Shown here: in pieces, positions 9,923 to 18,738 of the stretch
How positions within the stretch are numbered: position 1 is the stretch's first letter
Layout of the letters: every line of letters starts with the position of its first letter
Origin: Pseudonocardiales bacterium
Lineage (GTDB): Bacteria > Actinomycetota > Actinomycetes > Mycobacteriales > Pseudonocardiaceae
Assembly: GCA_052390115.1 (NCBI GenBank)
Contig: JBQTHE010000035.1
Location: 13,088 to 77,087 of the forward strand
Reading direction: 5' to 3'
DNA length: 64,000 nucleotides
Position numbers and translations under genes: made by a program
Notes under the pieces: generated by a model
What the model saw: only the letters and a program-made list of their open reading frames with translations
The model's database searches: none
Told to the model about the DNA's origin: nothing

Positions 9923-10102
9923 TAGGCCCTGTCCGGTAGGCCCTGTCCCATAGATCGTGGACCGGGGTCAGATGACCGGATCTCGGGTGCTCTCAGCCTC
10001 CCGAACTCAACAGCAGCGCTGTCCGGCCGACCTTGGGCAGCACTGCTGTTGAGCTCGGGAACCCGAGGGTTGATCACAAACCCGAAGATCCGCGGGACGC
10101 GC
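9923..10102. repeat. MITE-like intergenic repeat, copy B (longest copy, with central palindrome)
   Basis: Sequence aggccctgtccggtaggccctgtccc ... ggtcagatgaccggatctcgggtgctctcagcc, then the hairpin tcccgaactcaacagcagcgctg / cagcactgctgttgagctcggga, then acccgagggttgatcacaaacccgaagatccgcgggacgcgc. Sits directly after the stop of the 10208..12475 gene. Confidence 0.8.
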
Positions 10103-10207
10103 CGACAGCTTGAGATGGTCCAGCAGCCGCATCGCGATCACCAGCTCCGGGCTGTCAGCGAGAGTGCTCATCGTGGCGGCCTCTGGTGCACCGAGGGGTG
10201 GCGCCTC

Positions 10208-12475
10208 TTACGAGTCCTGGGTGACCGCCGCCGAGGTGATCCGGTGCAGCGGGAAGCGGCGCAGCTCGCCCCGCGACCGGTCGAATCCCTCCAATACGCC
10301 ACCGCCTACGCTCACCGGCCGCACGATCCGCCTGCTGGCCACACCGTGCGAGTCCACGTAGCCGATCCATACGTTGCTGCCGGCGTGGGCGGCGCCCTGC
10401 AGTAACTCCAGCGTGTCGCCGGTGGACGCGCCACCGGTGATCACCGCAGGCCCGCGCCGTGTGGTGGCCGCGGCGTCCCCGGCCCGTATCCCTTGGACCA
10501 GTGTGGCGAGCTGCTCCGCGGAGGGAGCGGGGGGCAGCGCGGCACGGCGAGCCGCCACCGGCCGGACCCTGGCCCGGCGATCTACCGCGCGCAGCTCCAC
10601 CAACTGGCCGTCAGCCCCCTCGGCGACCGGGGTGAAGCCGGCGCCGCGCACCTCATCGAGCAGCGGGGCCAGCGCTAGCGGGCTGACCAGCACGGTGGGC
10701 GCAATCCTGCGCAGACCGCAGCGCGCGGCGACCGGATGTGCCAGTAGTTCAGCCAGCAGGACGGCGTCGTCGCAGCGCAGGAATGCGGCCGCGGTGCCAC
10801 CGCGCAGCCGCCCGTGCCGCCGGGCTACATCGTCGACGAGGTAGCTCAGCGACTGCGGGACCGGCGTCCGGGACCGGATCCGGAACAGCTCATGCAGGTC
10901 GGCGGCGCTGCGGCCGACGTCCAGGGCTCGGCGAACGGTGTCCTCGGTGACCCGGTAGACGGTGGCGCTGCCGGCTGACTCCACGTCGGCCACCAGGGCG
11001 ATCTCCCTGGCCAGTTCGGGTTCCAACGGTCCCGGTGCCACCACGGTACGGTCGCCCTGGATCAGCACGTGATCCACCGGCTCGGGGAGCACGGCCTCGA
11101 GAACGACCGCTGCCGCGCCCGCGCCGTCGTGTAGCAGTGCCCGGCCGGCCGACGACAGCGCCCCCAGCGCAAGCACACCGAGCACGGTGGCCTCCCGGAC
11201 GGTCCAGCTGACGATCTCATCGCGCCGCCGGCCGCCCCGGCGCGGGGCCCGCCAGGCGAGCACTGCGGCAAGCTCGTCGGACCGTTGGATACCGCTACCG
11301 GCCGGCAGATCAGCGAGTACATCGAGGATCCGGTGGCGCTGCGCCGCGGCGCGTGGCTGGCGCAACTCCTCAGCCAGCGGGGCCAGCGGCCGGTCCTTGT
11401 CGTCGCGGGTCCCGGCCAAACCCGGCAGCCGGGGCAGCTGGAGCCACGCGTCGGCCAGCATCGCCCAGCGCCGCTCGGGTCGCGCGGCGAGCCAGGAATC
11501 GACGGCAACGGTGGGTAACCACAATCTCCCGTCGACCCCCTCCTCGGACCCAGTGACCAGCCCGGCGGCGACGGTGACCTCGGCGAGCAGCGCCACCGTC
11601 GACTCCTCGACGTCCAGCTGTCGCGCGGTTCGCCGCACGTCCCGGACGCCCAGGCCACCCGAGCGCAACACCGCGGGCGGTTCCCGCGACCATTCGGTGA
11701 GCAGCGTCTCAGCGTGCCGTAGCAGATCGAGCACCGCACCGGCGGCCGTCGAGTCCACCATGGACGGATCGCGCTGCCGCGTGGGCAGCGCCGGCTCGTC
11801 CAGCTCAAGGGGCCCGAGCGGCTGGTCCCCGCGCAGCGCCAGGCCCACCTGCGCGGGCAACTCGACGGTGCTGGAGTCGATCCGGCGTAGCAGCCCGCGA
11901 GCCAGCAGGCGTTGCACCGGCGTGCGGGCCCGGCTCAGCGGGAGCGCCTCGGCGGCATCCCGGGTCGCGCCCACCGGCGACCCGTCGGCCAGGGCCCGCA
12001 GCACGCCCAGCTCGTCGTCGGCAAGCTGGACCAGCGCAGCGCCGATGTCGACGCCGACGAGATCCGCGGCCCGGCGGCCCAACCCGGCTGGATGTGGGCC
12101 GATGACCTGCCGCAGCGCCGGGACCACCGCGAGCGCCGCATCGTCACCCCAGACCAGCGCCCGGCACCGCAACGCGTCCAGGACCTGCCGGGTCCGGCCG
12201 GCGGTGACGTCACGACCGAGCAGAGCGGCGACGTCCTGGCGACGCACCGGTTCGGTGTCGGCACCGGCCACTACCAGCGCTGACAGCACGGCCAGCGTGA
12301 ATCGGTCCAGGTCCTCACAGGCGCGGGCGACGGATGCCTGGATCCCGGCTCGGGTGGCCAGCACCGTCGAGTCGGCCGGAGCGGGCACGGCAAGGTCCGG
12401 GCGGGCCCGCAGCAACGCGGCCAGCGTGCCGTCGTCGCGGGAGCTCAGCCAGTCGGCCAGTGCAGTGTGGGGCAT
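10208..12475 (-). CDS. Helicase-associated conserved protein (M. tuberculosis Rv0862c-like, usual partner of XPB/Ercc3 helicase)
   Basis: ATG at 12475 (MPHTALADWLSSRDDGTLAALLRARPDLAVPAP) gives 755 aa. Family assignment rests on size, composition and position upstream of a moaC/mog/moaE/moaD block, as I recall for mycobacteria. Confidence 0.65.
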   Translation of the reverse strand: MPHTALADWLSSRDDGTLAALLRARPDLAVPAPADSTVLATRAGIQASVARACEDLDRFTLAVLSALVVAGADTEPVRRQDVAALLGRDVTAGRTRQVLDALRCRALVWGDDAALAVVPALRQVIGPHPAGLGRRAADLVGVDIGAALVQLADDELGVLRALADGSPVGATRDAAEALPLSRARTPVQRLLARGLLRRIDSSTVELPAQVGLALRGDQPLGPLELDEPALPTRQRDPSMVDSTAAGAVLDLLRHAETLLTEWSREPPAVLRSGGLGVRDVRRTARQLDVEESTVALLAEVTVAAGLVTGSEEGVDGRLWLPTVAVDSWLAARPERRWAMLADAWLQLPRLPGLAGTRDDKDRPLAPLAEELRQPRAAAQRHRILDVLADLPAGSGIQRSDELAAVLAWRAPRRGGRRRDEIVSWTVREATVLGVLALGALSSAGRALLHDGAGAAAVVLEAVLPEPVDHVLIQGDRTVVAPGPLEPELAREIALVADVESAGSATVYRVTEDTVRRALDVGRSAADLHELFRIRSRTPVPQSLSYLVDDVARRHGRLRGGTAAAFLRCDDAVLLAELLAHPVAARCGLRRIAPTVLVSPLALAPLLDEVRGAGFTPVAEGADGQLVELRAVDRRARVRPVAARRAALPPAPSAEQLATLVQGIRAGDAAATTRRGPAVITGGASTGDTLELLQGAAHAGSNVWIGYVDSHGVASRRIVRPVSVGGGVLEGFDRSRGELRRFPLHRITSAAVTQDS

Positions 12476-12589
12476 CCCTCCCACGTTAGCGAGAGCCCGC
12501 GGCACGTCGGCTGGCGCCACTGGACACATGAGCCGCTGGGCACAATGGAACCCAGGGCAGAATGGAAGCCCACCGAGCGAGGAGGAGCT

Positions 12590-12784
12590 GTGGCGAAGCG
12601 CACCGACCGAATTGACCCCACCTGGCCGACCTGGTCGGAGGAGGACCACCCGGTCAGCGAACTTGCCGCGCCGATCCAGGGCGCGCTGTCGCCCTTCGGC
12701 GAGGTGACCTTCCCGCTGCCCGCTGACCAGCTCCCCTACCAGCACCCGCACACCGAAATCAACCGGAGTGACACCCCTGAGTAG
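12590..12784 (+). CDS. Small hypothetical protein (64 aa)
   Basis: RBS gaggagg then GTG at 12590. VAKRTDRIDPTWPTWSEEDHPVSELAAPIQGALSPFGEVTFPLPADQLPYQHPHTEINRSDTPE*. Clear GC3 bias. Confidence 0.45.
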   Translation: MAKRTDRIDPTWPTWSEEDHPVSELAAPIQGALSPFGEVTFPLPADQLPYQHPHTEINRSDTPE

Positions 12785-12926
12785 GGCACTGATTGCCATC
12801 CGTTAGGGTCCCGTCACCGCGCGGCCCCAGCGTCGTTTTCATTAGCGTCGTTGGGCCAGCGTGGGTCGCCCGATCGGGGAGGGCGAGTCATCCGCAAGGT
12901 CTGCTCGTCCGACTTCAGAAGAGGCC

Positions 12927-13796
12927 ATGGCTCAGCGTCCCGGATCTCCCCGCCTGCGCGATCGCCCCTACCTGATCGTCTGCGCGCTTGCCGGGGTTTT
13001 CCTGGTGGTGCTGGCGGTCGTGGCGGTGGCGTTCGTGGTTCCCTTCGGGGGGGCCGGGGACGGCGAGGTCCGCAAGGCCGCGCCTCCGCCCCCGGTGACC
13101 GTGACCACCACGATCCCACCGGCGGCCGTACCGGCGGATATCTCTGTACTGCCGCAGAGCACCACTTACACCATCCTCGATGAGGCGCCGCTGGACTCCG
13201 GTCCGCCGGAACCCACCGACGGCACCGTGGTCCACCCACGGCGAGAGGTCGTGGTGTATGCGGCCCCTGGCGGGGCTCCGATCGCCAGGATCGCTCCCCA
13301 GCAGCTTGGCGACACCTGGTTACCCGTGATCGCCCAGCAACCCGGATGGGTACAGGTGCTACTGCCCTCGCGACCCAACAACTCGGCCGGGTGGGTAACC
13401 GACGATGCACTCGATCGGGCGGTAACCCCGTATCTCATCCGGGTACACCTTCGTTCCCTCACTATGGAGCTGTTCAGGGGGGAACGCCGCCTGGGTACGT
13501 GGGCGGTGGGGATCGGCAAGAAGTCGGCGCCCACACCTGTGGGACGGACCTTCCTACTCGGGTCGTTCACCGATCCCAAGCAGACCTACTCCCCGGTGAT
13601 CCTGCCGCTGGGCACTCACAGCCCGACGCTGGACAGTTTTGGTGGCGGCCCGGGAACCGTCGCGATCCATACCTGGCCGACGTCCGATGTCTTCGGTACC
13701 CGCTCCAGTGATGGCTGCATCCGGGTTCCTTCGGACGCGCTGAACATGTTGACCGAGGTTCCGCTGGGGACGCTCGTGCTCATCGACGAGAACTGA
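12927..13796 (+). CDS. L,D-transpeptidase (YkuD domain) with N-terminal membrane anchor
   Basis: TM helix YLIVCALAGVFLVVLAVVAVAFVV. Catalytic motif IHTWPTSDVFGTRSSDGCIRVP (His ... Ser-x-Gly-Cys-Ile-Arg). Confidence 0.8.
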   Translation: MAQRPGSPRLRDRPYLIVCALAGVFLVVLAVVAVAFVVPFGGAGDGEVRKAAPPPPVTVTTTIPPAAVPADISVLPQSTTYTILDEAPLDSGPPEPTDGTVVHPRREVVVYAAPGGAPIARIAPQQLGDTWLPVIAQQPGWVQVLLPSRPNNSAGWVTDDALDRAVTPYLIRVHLRSLTMELFRGERRLGTWAVGIGKKSAPTPVGRTFLLGSFTDPKQTYSPVILPLGTHSPTLDSFGGGPGTVAIHTWPTSDVFGTRSSDGCIRVPSDALNMLTEVPLGTLVLIDEN

Positions 13797-13815
13797 ACGA
13801 ACGAGAGGACAGCAC

Positions 13816-14688
13816 GTGAACAGTAGGAAGCTCGCCGGCGCCAGTGCTGCCAGCGTCGGTGCTGCCACCGCCGTGGTGGCCCTGCTGCTGGGGACTGTGT
13901 CGGGCAACGCTGGGGAAGGAGATCCCAGATCTTCGGCCTACGGGATCTCCTCGGAAGGTCTCCTCCCCATCGATCCGACACCTTATGTTGAGGCTCCACC
14001 CGACGACCGTAAGGCACTTCTAGAGGTACCGGGGCCGGACGAGGAACTGCTCCACGTCGCTCTCCTCAAGGTTGAGGCCGAGGCCTTCAGGTCCAAGGCA
14101 ACTGCGGTCGACGTGGACGTTCTCGGGATCAGCATCGACCTCATCGAGGCACGCTGCGACCACGGGAAGGGTGATTCCTCGATCCTCGGCGGGAAGGGCA
14201 ACGGCAACGGCAAGGTATTGCCGTCGAATCCAGCCACCGGTCAGGAGCTGGACCTCTCACCAATTCTGAAGATCGAGTTCAACCGGCAGAAGCGGGACCG
14301 CGACAAGCTCACGGTCGACGCCCTGGTGGTCTCGCTCCTGCCAGGTGACAACGCGACCAAGGCGGTGACCGAGAAGGATCTCACCGATCTCCGGGGTCTC
14401 GCGCCCAACCTGAAGGTCCCGACCATGCAGGAGCTGGAGGCGGAGCGCACGAAGTCGGCGTCGCCGCAGCAGCAGTCGCCGCAGCCTGCGGCGCCTGCTC
14501 CCACCGTCGAGGACTTGGCCAAAGCGGTTGAGGGCCTCAACCCGGGGCTGGTGGCCAAGGGCGATGGCGATGCGTTGCTGGAGATCGTGATCTCGTCCGC
14601 TAGCTGCAGCGATGAGCGCAAGAAGGAAGACAAGGAAGAGGCGCCGAAGCCGAAGCCGGTGGAGGCGGACCTGCCGGTCACGCACTGA
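13816..14688 (+). CDS. Secreted hypothetical protein with charged Lys/Glu/Pro-rich C-terminus
   Basis: Signal peptide MNSRKLAGASAASVGAATAVVALLLGTVSGNAGEG. No recognised catalytic motif. Confidence 0.6.
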   Translation: MNSRKLAGASAASVGAATAVVALLLGTVSGNAGEGDPRSSAYGISSEGLLPIDPTPYVEAPPDDRKALLEVPGPDEELLHVALLKVEAEAFRSKATAVDVDVLGISIDLIEARCDHGKGDSSILGGKGNGNGKVLPSNPATGQELDLSPILKIEFNRQKRDRDKLTVDALVVSLLPGDNATKAVTEKDLTDLRGLAPNLKVPTMQELEAERTKSASPQQQSPQPAAPAPTVEDLAKAVEGLNPGLVAKGDGDALLEIVISSASCSDERKKEDKEEAPKPKPVEADLPVTH

Positions 14689-14703
14689 TCTGACTGGCAC
14701 ATT

Positions 14704-14742
14704 CCGAGGGGGTCGGCGCGCATCGCGTGTCGGCCCCCTCGG
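14704..14742 (+). terminator. GC-rich hairpin after the secreted-protein gene
   Basis: ccgagggggtcggc ... gtcggccccctcgg, a 14-bp stem including two G-U pairs. No T-tract, as is common in actinobacteria. Confidence 0.45.
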
Positions 14743-14792
14743 TCTACGCCCAGGTGCCCGCAGTTCCGGGCGGCCGGCCTTAGGATCGACTG

Positions 14793-15281
14793 GTGAGCTC
14801 GCAGCGAGGCCTGACCCACGTCGATGATCGTGGTGCAGCCCGGATGGTCGACGTATCGGATAAGCAGCCCTCCGCACGGGAGGCGGTCGCCTCCGGTGTT
14901 TTGCGCACCACCGAAGAGGTGGTGCGACTACTATGCGCCGAACAGCTACCCAAGGGCGATGCGCTCGCCACCGCCCGCATCGCGGGCATCATGGGCGCCA
15001 AGCGGACTCCTGACCTCGTCCCGTTGTGCCATCCCATCTCGCTGTCCGGGGTGACTGTGGACCTGCATGCCGCGGGCTCCGAGGTTCGGATCACCGCAAC
15101 GGTCCGGACCACCGACCGCACGGGCGTGGAGATGGAGGCGCTCACCGCCGTCGCCGTGGCCGGGCTGGCGCTGCACGACATGGTCAAGGCAATAGATCCC
15201 GCGGCGGTGCTGGACGCGGTGCGGGTGGAACGCAAGGAGGGTGGCAAGACCGGGCTGTGGACGCGTCAGGAGGATCGATGA
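14793..15281 (+). CDS. moaC: Cyclic pyranopterin monophosphate synthase MoaC
   Basis: LTHVDDRGAARMVDVSDK...GDALATARIAGIMGAKRTPDLVPLCHPISLSGV...TGVEMEALTAVAVAGLALHDMVKAID. Confidence 0.9.
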   Translation: MSSQRGLTHVDDRGAARMVDVSDKQPSAREAVASGVLRTTEEVVRLLCAEQLPKGDALATARIAGIMGAKRTPDLVPLCHPISLSGVTVDLHAAGSEVRITATVRTTDRTGVEMEALTAVAVAGLALHDMVKAIDPAAVLDAVRVERKEGGKTGLWTRQEDR

Positions 15282-16300
15282 CAACGACGACCCGCCGCGC
15301 TGTGGTAGTGGTGGCCTCCAACCGTGCAGCCGCCGGTGTGTACCCGGACCGCACCGGTCCTGTCATCGTCGGCTGGCTGTCCGAGCGTGGCTACCAGACC
15401 CCGGACCCGGTGGTGGTACCCGACGGCTCGCCAGTGCGTGAAGCCGTCGCGGTGGCGGTCGCCGACGCGGTCGACGTTGTGCTGACCACGGGCGGCACCG
15501 GGATCAGCCCCACCGACCGCACCCCGGAGGCCACCGCGCCACTGCTGGATCGGAACCTGCCTGGATTGGCCGACGCGATCCGCGCAGCCGGACTGCCTGG
15601 GGTACCGACCGCGGTGCTCTCCCGCGGGCTGGCGGGGGTGGCCGGTCGCACACTGGTGGTGAACTTGCCGGGTTCCACCGGGGGGGTCCGCGACGGCCTG
15701 GGTGTCCTCGACGGGGTGCTTGATCACGCCGTCGCGCAACTGCACGGCGCAGACCACGCCGGTAGTGGAACCGGCCAGCCGGCTTTATCCGGCCAGGAAC
15801 CCAGCCATCACGAACCCAGCCATCACGAACCCAGCCATAACGCGGCTGTCTCCGCACCTTCTGGCTCGCTAGCGTCGCGCGCAGTGCTTCGCGCGGTGGT
15901 TACCGAAGATCCGCTGGACGTCGAGGAGCACGCCCGGTTGGTCACCCGCCCCGACGCCGGCGCAGTGGTGAGCTTCTCCGGCGTGGTCCGCGACCATGAC
16001 GGTGGCCGGGAGGTCCGCGCGCTGGAGTACTCCAGCCATCCCGGCGCCGGCGACGTGATCATGAGGGTGGCGGCCCAGGTCGCTGCGAAGTATCCGGATG
16101 TGCACGCGCTGGCCGTCAGCCACCGGATCGGACCGCTGGTGATCGGCGACTCTGCCCTGGTCTGCGCGGTGTCCGCGGCCCACCGTGCGGAGGCCTTCAC
16201 GGTCTGCGCGGCGCTGGTCGACGAGGTCAAGCTGCAACTGCCCATCTGGAAGCGGCAGGACTTCGCCGACGGCTCGGAGGAGTGGGTCAACTGTCCCTGA
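15278..16300 (+). CDS. Fusion protein: MogA/MoaB-type molybdopterin adenylyltransferase domain plus MoaE (molybdopterin synthase large subunit)
   Basis: The ATG overlaps the moaC stop (ATGA). N-terminal half: AAGVYPDRTGPVIV...VLTTGGTGISPTDRTPEAT...VVNLPGSTGG. C-terminal half: FSGVVRDHDGGREVRALEYSSHP...LVCAVSAAHRAEAFTVCAALVDEVKLQLPIWKRQ. They are joined by a repeat-containing linker. Confidence 0.8.
   Translation: MTTTTRRAVVVVASNRAAAGVYPDRTGPVIVGWLSERGYQTPDPVVVPDGSPVREAVAVAVADAVDVVLTTGGTGISPTDRTPEATAPLLDRNLPGLADAIRAAGLPGVPTAVLSRGLAGVAGRTLVVNLPGSTGGVRDGLGVLDGVLDHAVAQLHGADHAGSGTGQPALSGQEPSHHEPSHHEPSHNAAVSAPSGSLASRAVLRAVVTEDPLDVEEHARLVTRPDAGAVVSFSGVVRDHDGGREVRALEYSSHPGAGDVIMRVAAQVAAKYPDVHALAVSHRIGPLVIGDSALVCAVSAAHRAEAFTVCAALVDEVKLQLPIWKRQDFADGSEEWVNCP
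15797..15841 (+). repeat. 15-bp in-frame tandem repeat x3 (EPSHH-EPSHH-EPSHN) in the Mog-MoaE linker
   Basis: gaacccagccatcac gaacccagccatcac gaacccagccataac. Confidence 0.9.
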
Positions 16301-16339
16301 GACGCCTGCCGTGGGGGCCCCGTAGCGGCCGATGCCGGT

Positions 16340-16588
16340 TCAGCCGCCGGCGAACGGAGGCAGTACGTCCAGCTCGGCACCGGGCTGTAGCGGCGTAGCG
16401 TGGTCCCGCACCGCGACAGAATCGAGCAGGAAACTGCAGGCGCCCAACACCTTGCGCAGTGCCTCACCATGCCGGCTGGCGATCGCATCCAGCGCGTCGG
16501 CCACCGTAGCGTCGTCGCCTACCTCGACGTCCTCGCTCGGCAAGCCCGCAGCGGCACGTGCCGCCGCGAAGTACCGCACGGTCACCAC
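16340..16588 (-). CDS. moaD: Molybdopterin synthase sulfur-carrier subunit MoaD
   Basis: C-terminal ...PGAELDVLPPFAGG*. GTG at 16588 lies 7 nt after GGAGG and gives 82 aa (VVTVRYFAAARAAAG...). The longer 133-aa ORF to 16741 is probably leader sequence. Confidence 0.75.
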   Translation of the reverse strand: MVTVRYFAAARAAAGLPSEDVEVGDDATVADALDAIASRHGEALRKVLGACSFLLDSVAVRDHATPLQPGAELDVLPPFAGG

Positions 16589-17032
16589 CGTCGCGCCTCC
16601 GATCGCACTCGCACCCTGGTTGTCAGTCTGGAATAACGGCACAGGAGCGTAGCCCAAGGTCTGTTCAAAGGCGCGACGCAACACCGGCTTGCCGCCGGTG
16701 AGGACGTTTCGCACCTGGATGCCTTGCGCCACAGGGGTCATCTACGTCAGATTACCTGTGATGCGCTCAACTTGGCATCCAGACGCGCGTTTACCCCTCG
16801 GGGATAACCGATGCCGACTGGTAAATAATCTTGTTTTTCCGATGTTTAACCGCATATGAGGGTTAGTCAGTAAATCGACTCCGCAGGTGCCGCTACAGCG
16901 AGGGTCGGCTGGTCGCGCCGCGTCCTGAAGTCTGATCCCCGGCGAGGTTCGCACGTTGGCCGTTGCTGCTCGGGGGACTGGCGAGCACCTTGCCGTGCTG
17001 GTTGCGGCGGCTGATCTGACGCAGCGCTTAGG

Positions 17033-17152
17033 GCGCGTCCCCGGATCTTCGGGTTTGTGATCAACCCTCGGGTTCGGGAGGCTGAGAGCACCCGAGATCC
17101 GGCCATCTGACCTGGTCCATGATCTACTGGACAGGGCCTACAGGACAGGGCG
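17033..17152. repeat. MITE-like intergenic repeat, copy C (same orientation as A; lacks the central palindrome)
   Basis: gcgcgtccccggatcttcgggtttgtgatcaaccctcgggttcgggaggctgagagcacccgagatccggccatctgacctggtccatgatctactggacagggcctacaggacagggcg. This equals the reverse complement of copy B minus ~55 bp between tcccgaa and cccgaggg. Confidence 0.8.
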
Positions 17153-17449
17153 TGGTCTGCGCCGGAAGTCCGTCGAGGGTCCTGAACTTGGCGTTACCGA
17201 CATCTCTGGTCCCTGCAAACGTCGGTGGTGTCTAGTTCATGGATGCACAATCCCTGCGCAGGCAGTGCCGGATGTTCGGCGCCGACCCACTCCAGGGTGC
17301 AGGGTCCAGCGAGTTGGTGGCCTGGTCCCGCCGGACCGCGACCAACGCCCGGGCGCGGCGATCGACGCCGTTCCGCAAAATGAGCATTTCAACGATCAGG
17401 CCAGTGCCAGTTAGGCGGACACACCGGGCAGGAGAGGCGGACACGCGGG

Positions 17450-18673
17450 TTAGTGGCGGGTGAGTTCCTGGTTGGCGACGGTGCGTAGGTGCACCTCGTC
17501 GGGGCCGTCGGCGAAGCGCAGTGCCCGGGCCCAGGCGTAGAAGGACGCGAGCGGGAAGTCGTCGGACATCGCCGCGCCGCCGTGGATCTGCATCGCCCGG
17601 TCGATCACCGCGCAGGCCATGCGGGGGACCACCACCTTGATCCCGGCGATCTCCGTCGCGGCGCCCTTGGCCCCGCCGTGCTGGTCGATCAGCCAGGCGG
17701 CCTTGAGCACCAGCAACCGGGCCTGCTCCACCTCGAGGCGCGACAGCGCGATCTGCTCGCGGACCACCCCTTGGTCAGACAATGGGCCGCCGAACGCGCG
17801 CCGGGACCGGGCGCGCTGGACCATCAGCGAGATCGCCCGTTCGGCCATCCCGATCAACCGCATGCAGTGGTGGACGCGGCCGGGCCCCAGCCGAGCCTGT
17901 GCGATGGAGAATCCGTCGCCCTCGGCGCCCAGCAGATTCGATGCAGGCACCCGCACGTCGGTGAAGATGATTTCGGAGTGCCCGTGCTGGTCGGAGTACC
18001 CGAAGGTCGGCAGATGCCGCACGATCTCGACCCCGTCTGCGTCCCTGGGCACCAGGATCATCGACTGCTGCCGGTGCGCGGCGGCGTCGGGGTTGGTCCG
18101 GCCCATCAGGATGAAGACCGCGCAGCGCTCGTCGGCGGTGCCCGAGATCCACCACTTGTGCCCGTTGATGAGGTAGTCGCGGCCGTCGCGGCGGATCGAG
18201 GTGGTGATGTTGGTGGCGTCGGAGCTGGCCACCTCGGGCTCGGTCATCGCGAACGCTGAGCGGATCTGACCTGCCAGCAGCGGCTCGAGCCATTGGTTGC
18301 GCTGCTCGTCGGTGCCGAACAGGTGCAGTATCTCCATGTTCCCGGTATCGGGCGCCTGGCAGTTGATCGCCTCGGGGGCGATCGTGGGTGACCAGCCCGA
18401 GACCTCGGCGACCGGCGCATAGTCCAGGTTGGACAGCCCGGACACGGCGGGCAGGAACAGATTCCACAGACCGCGGGACCGCGCATCGGTCTTGAGCTCC
18501 TCGACCACCGGCGGCAACTGGTGCTCGGCGGGGGTCCCACGGTGTTTCGCGCGCCAGCTGTTGTAGACCGGCTCGGCTGGGAGCACCCGCTCGTCCAGGA
18601 ACTGCTGCATCCGTTTCGTGTAATCGGCCGCCCGCGGGCTGGGGGAGAAGTCCACGCTGCGCGACTCTGCCAC
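17450..18673 (-). CDS. Acyl-CoA dehydrogenase (FadE-type)
   Basis: 407 aa. AFAMTEPEVASSDATNI, NGHKWWISG, and the C-terminal ACAD helices (QIHGGAAMSDDFPLASFYAWARALRFADGPDEVH). Confidence 0.85.
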   Translation of the reverse strand: MAESRSVDFSPSPRAADYTKRMQQFLDERVLPAEPVYNSWRAKHRGTPAEHQLPPVVEELKTDARSRGLWNLFLPAVSGLSNLDYAPVAEVSGWSPTIAPEAINCQAPDTGNMEILHLFGTDEQRNQWLEPLLAGQIRSAFAMTEPEVASSDATNITTSIRRDGRDYLINGHKWWISGTADERCAVFILMGRTNPDAAAHRQQSMILVPRDADGVEIVRHLPTFGYSDQHGHSEIIFTDVRVPASNLLGAEGDGFSIAQARLGPGRVHHCMRLIGMAERAISLMVQRARSRRAFGGPLSDQGVVREQIALSRLEVEQARLLVLKAAWLIDQHGGAKGAATEIAGIKVVVPRMACAVIDRAMQIHGGAAMSDDFPLASFYAWARALRFADGPDEVHLRTVANQELTRH

Positions 18674-18738
18674 TACTCCAGCGGATGGGGGAGGGCTCGC
18701 CTTTCATTTTCCGCAACTGCGGAGGTAACCTTCAAAGC

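Noticed and set aside
13816-14688. C-terminal ...EADLPVTH* of the secreted protein as an LPXTG sortase signal.
   Set aside because: The motif is followed directly by the stop codon. There is no hydrophobic segment or positively charged tail, and the final residue is His rather than Gly.
15797-15841. Short tandem repeats (15797-15841, 24978-25019, 44294-44329, 21894-21931) as a CRISPR array or minisatellite locus.
   Set aside because: Each has only 2-3 units with no spacers. Three of them are in-frame coding duplications. No cas genes are present in the window.
17160-17450. ORFs 17232..17444(-) and 17239..17463(+) downstream of MITE copy C as genes or gene remnants.
   Set aside because: They are short, mutually overlapping and without recognisable motifs or an RBS. 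I could not tie them to any family.
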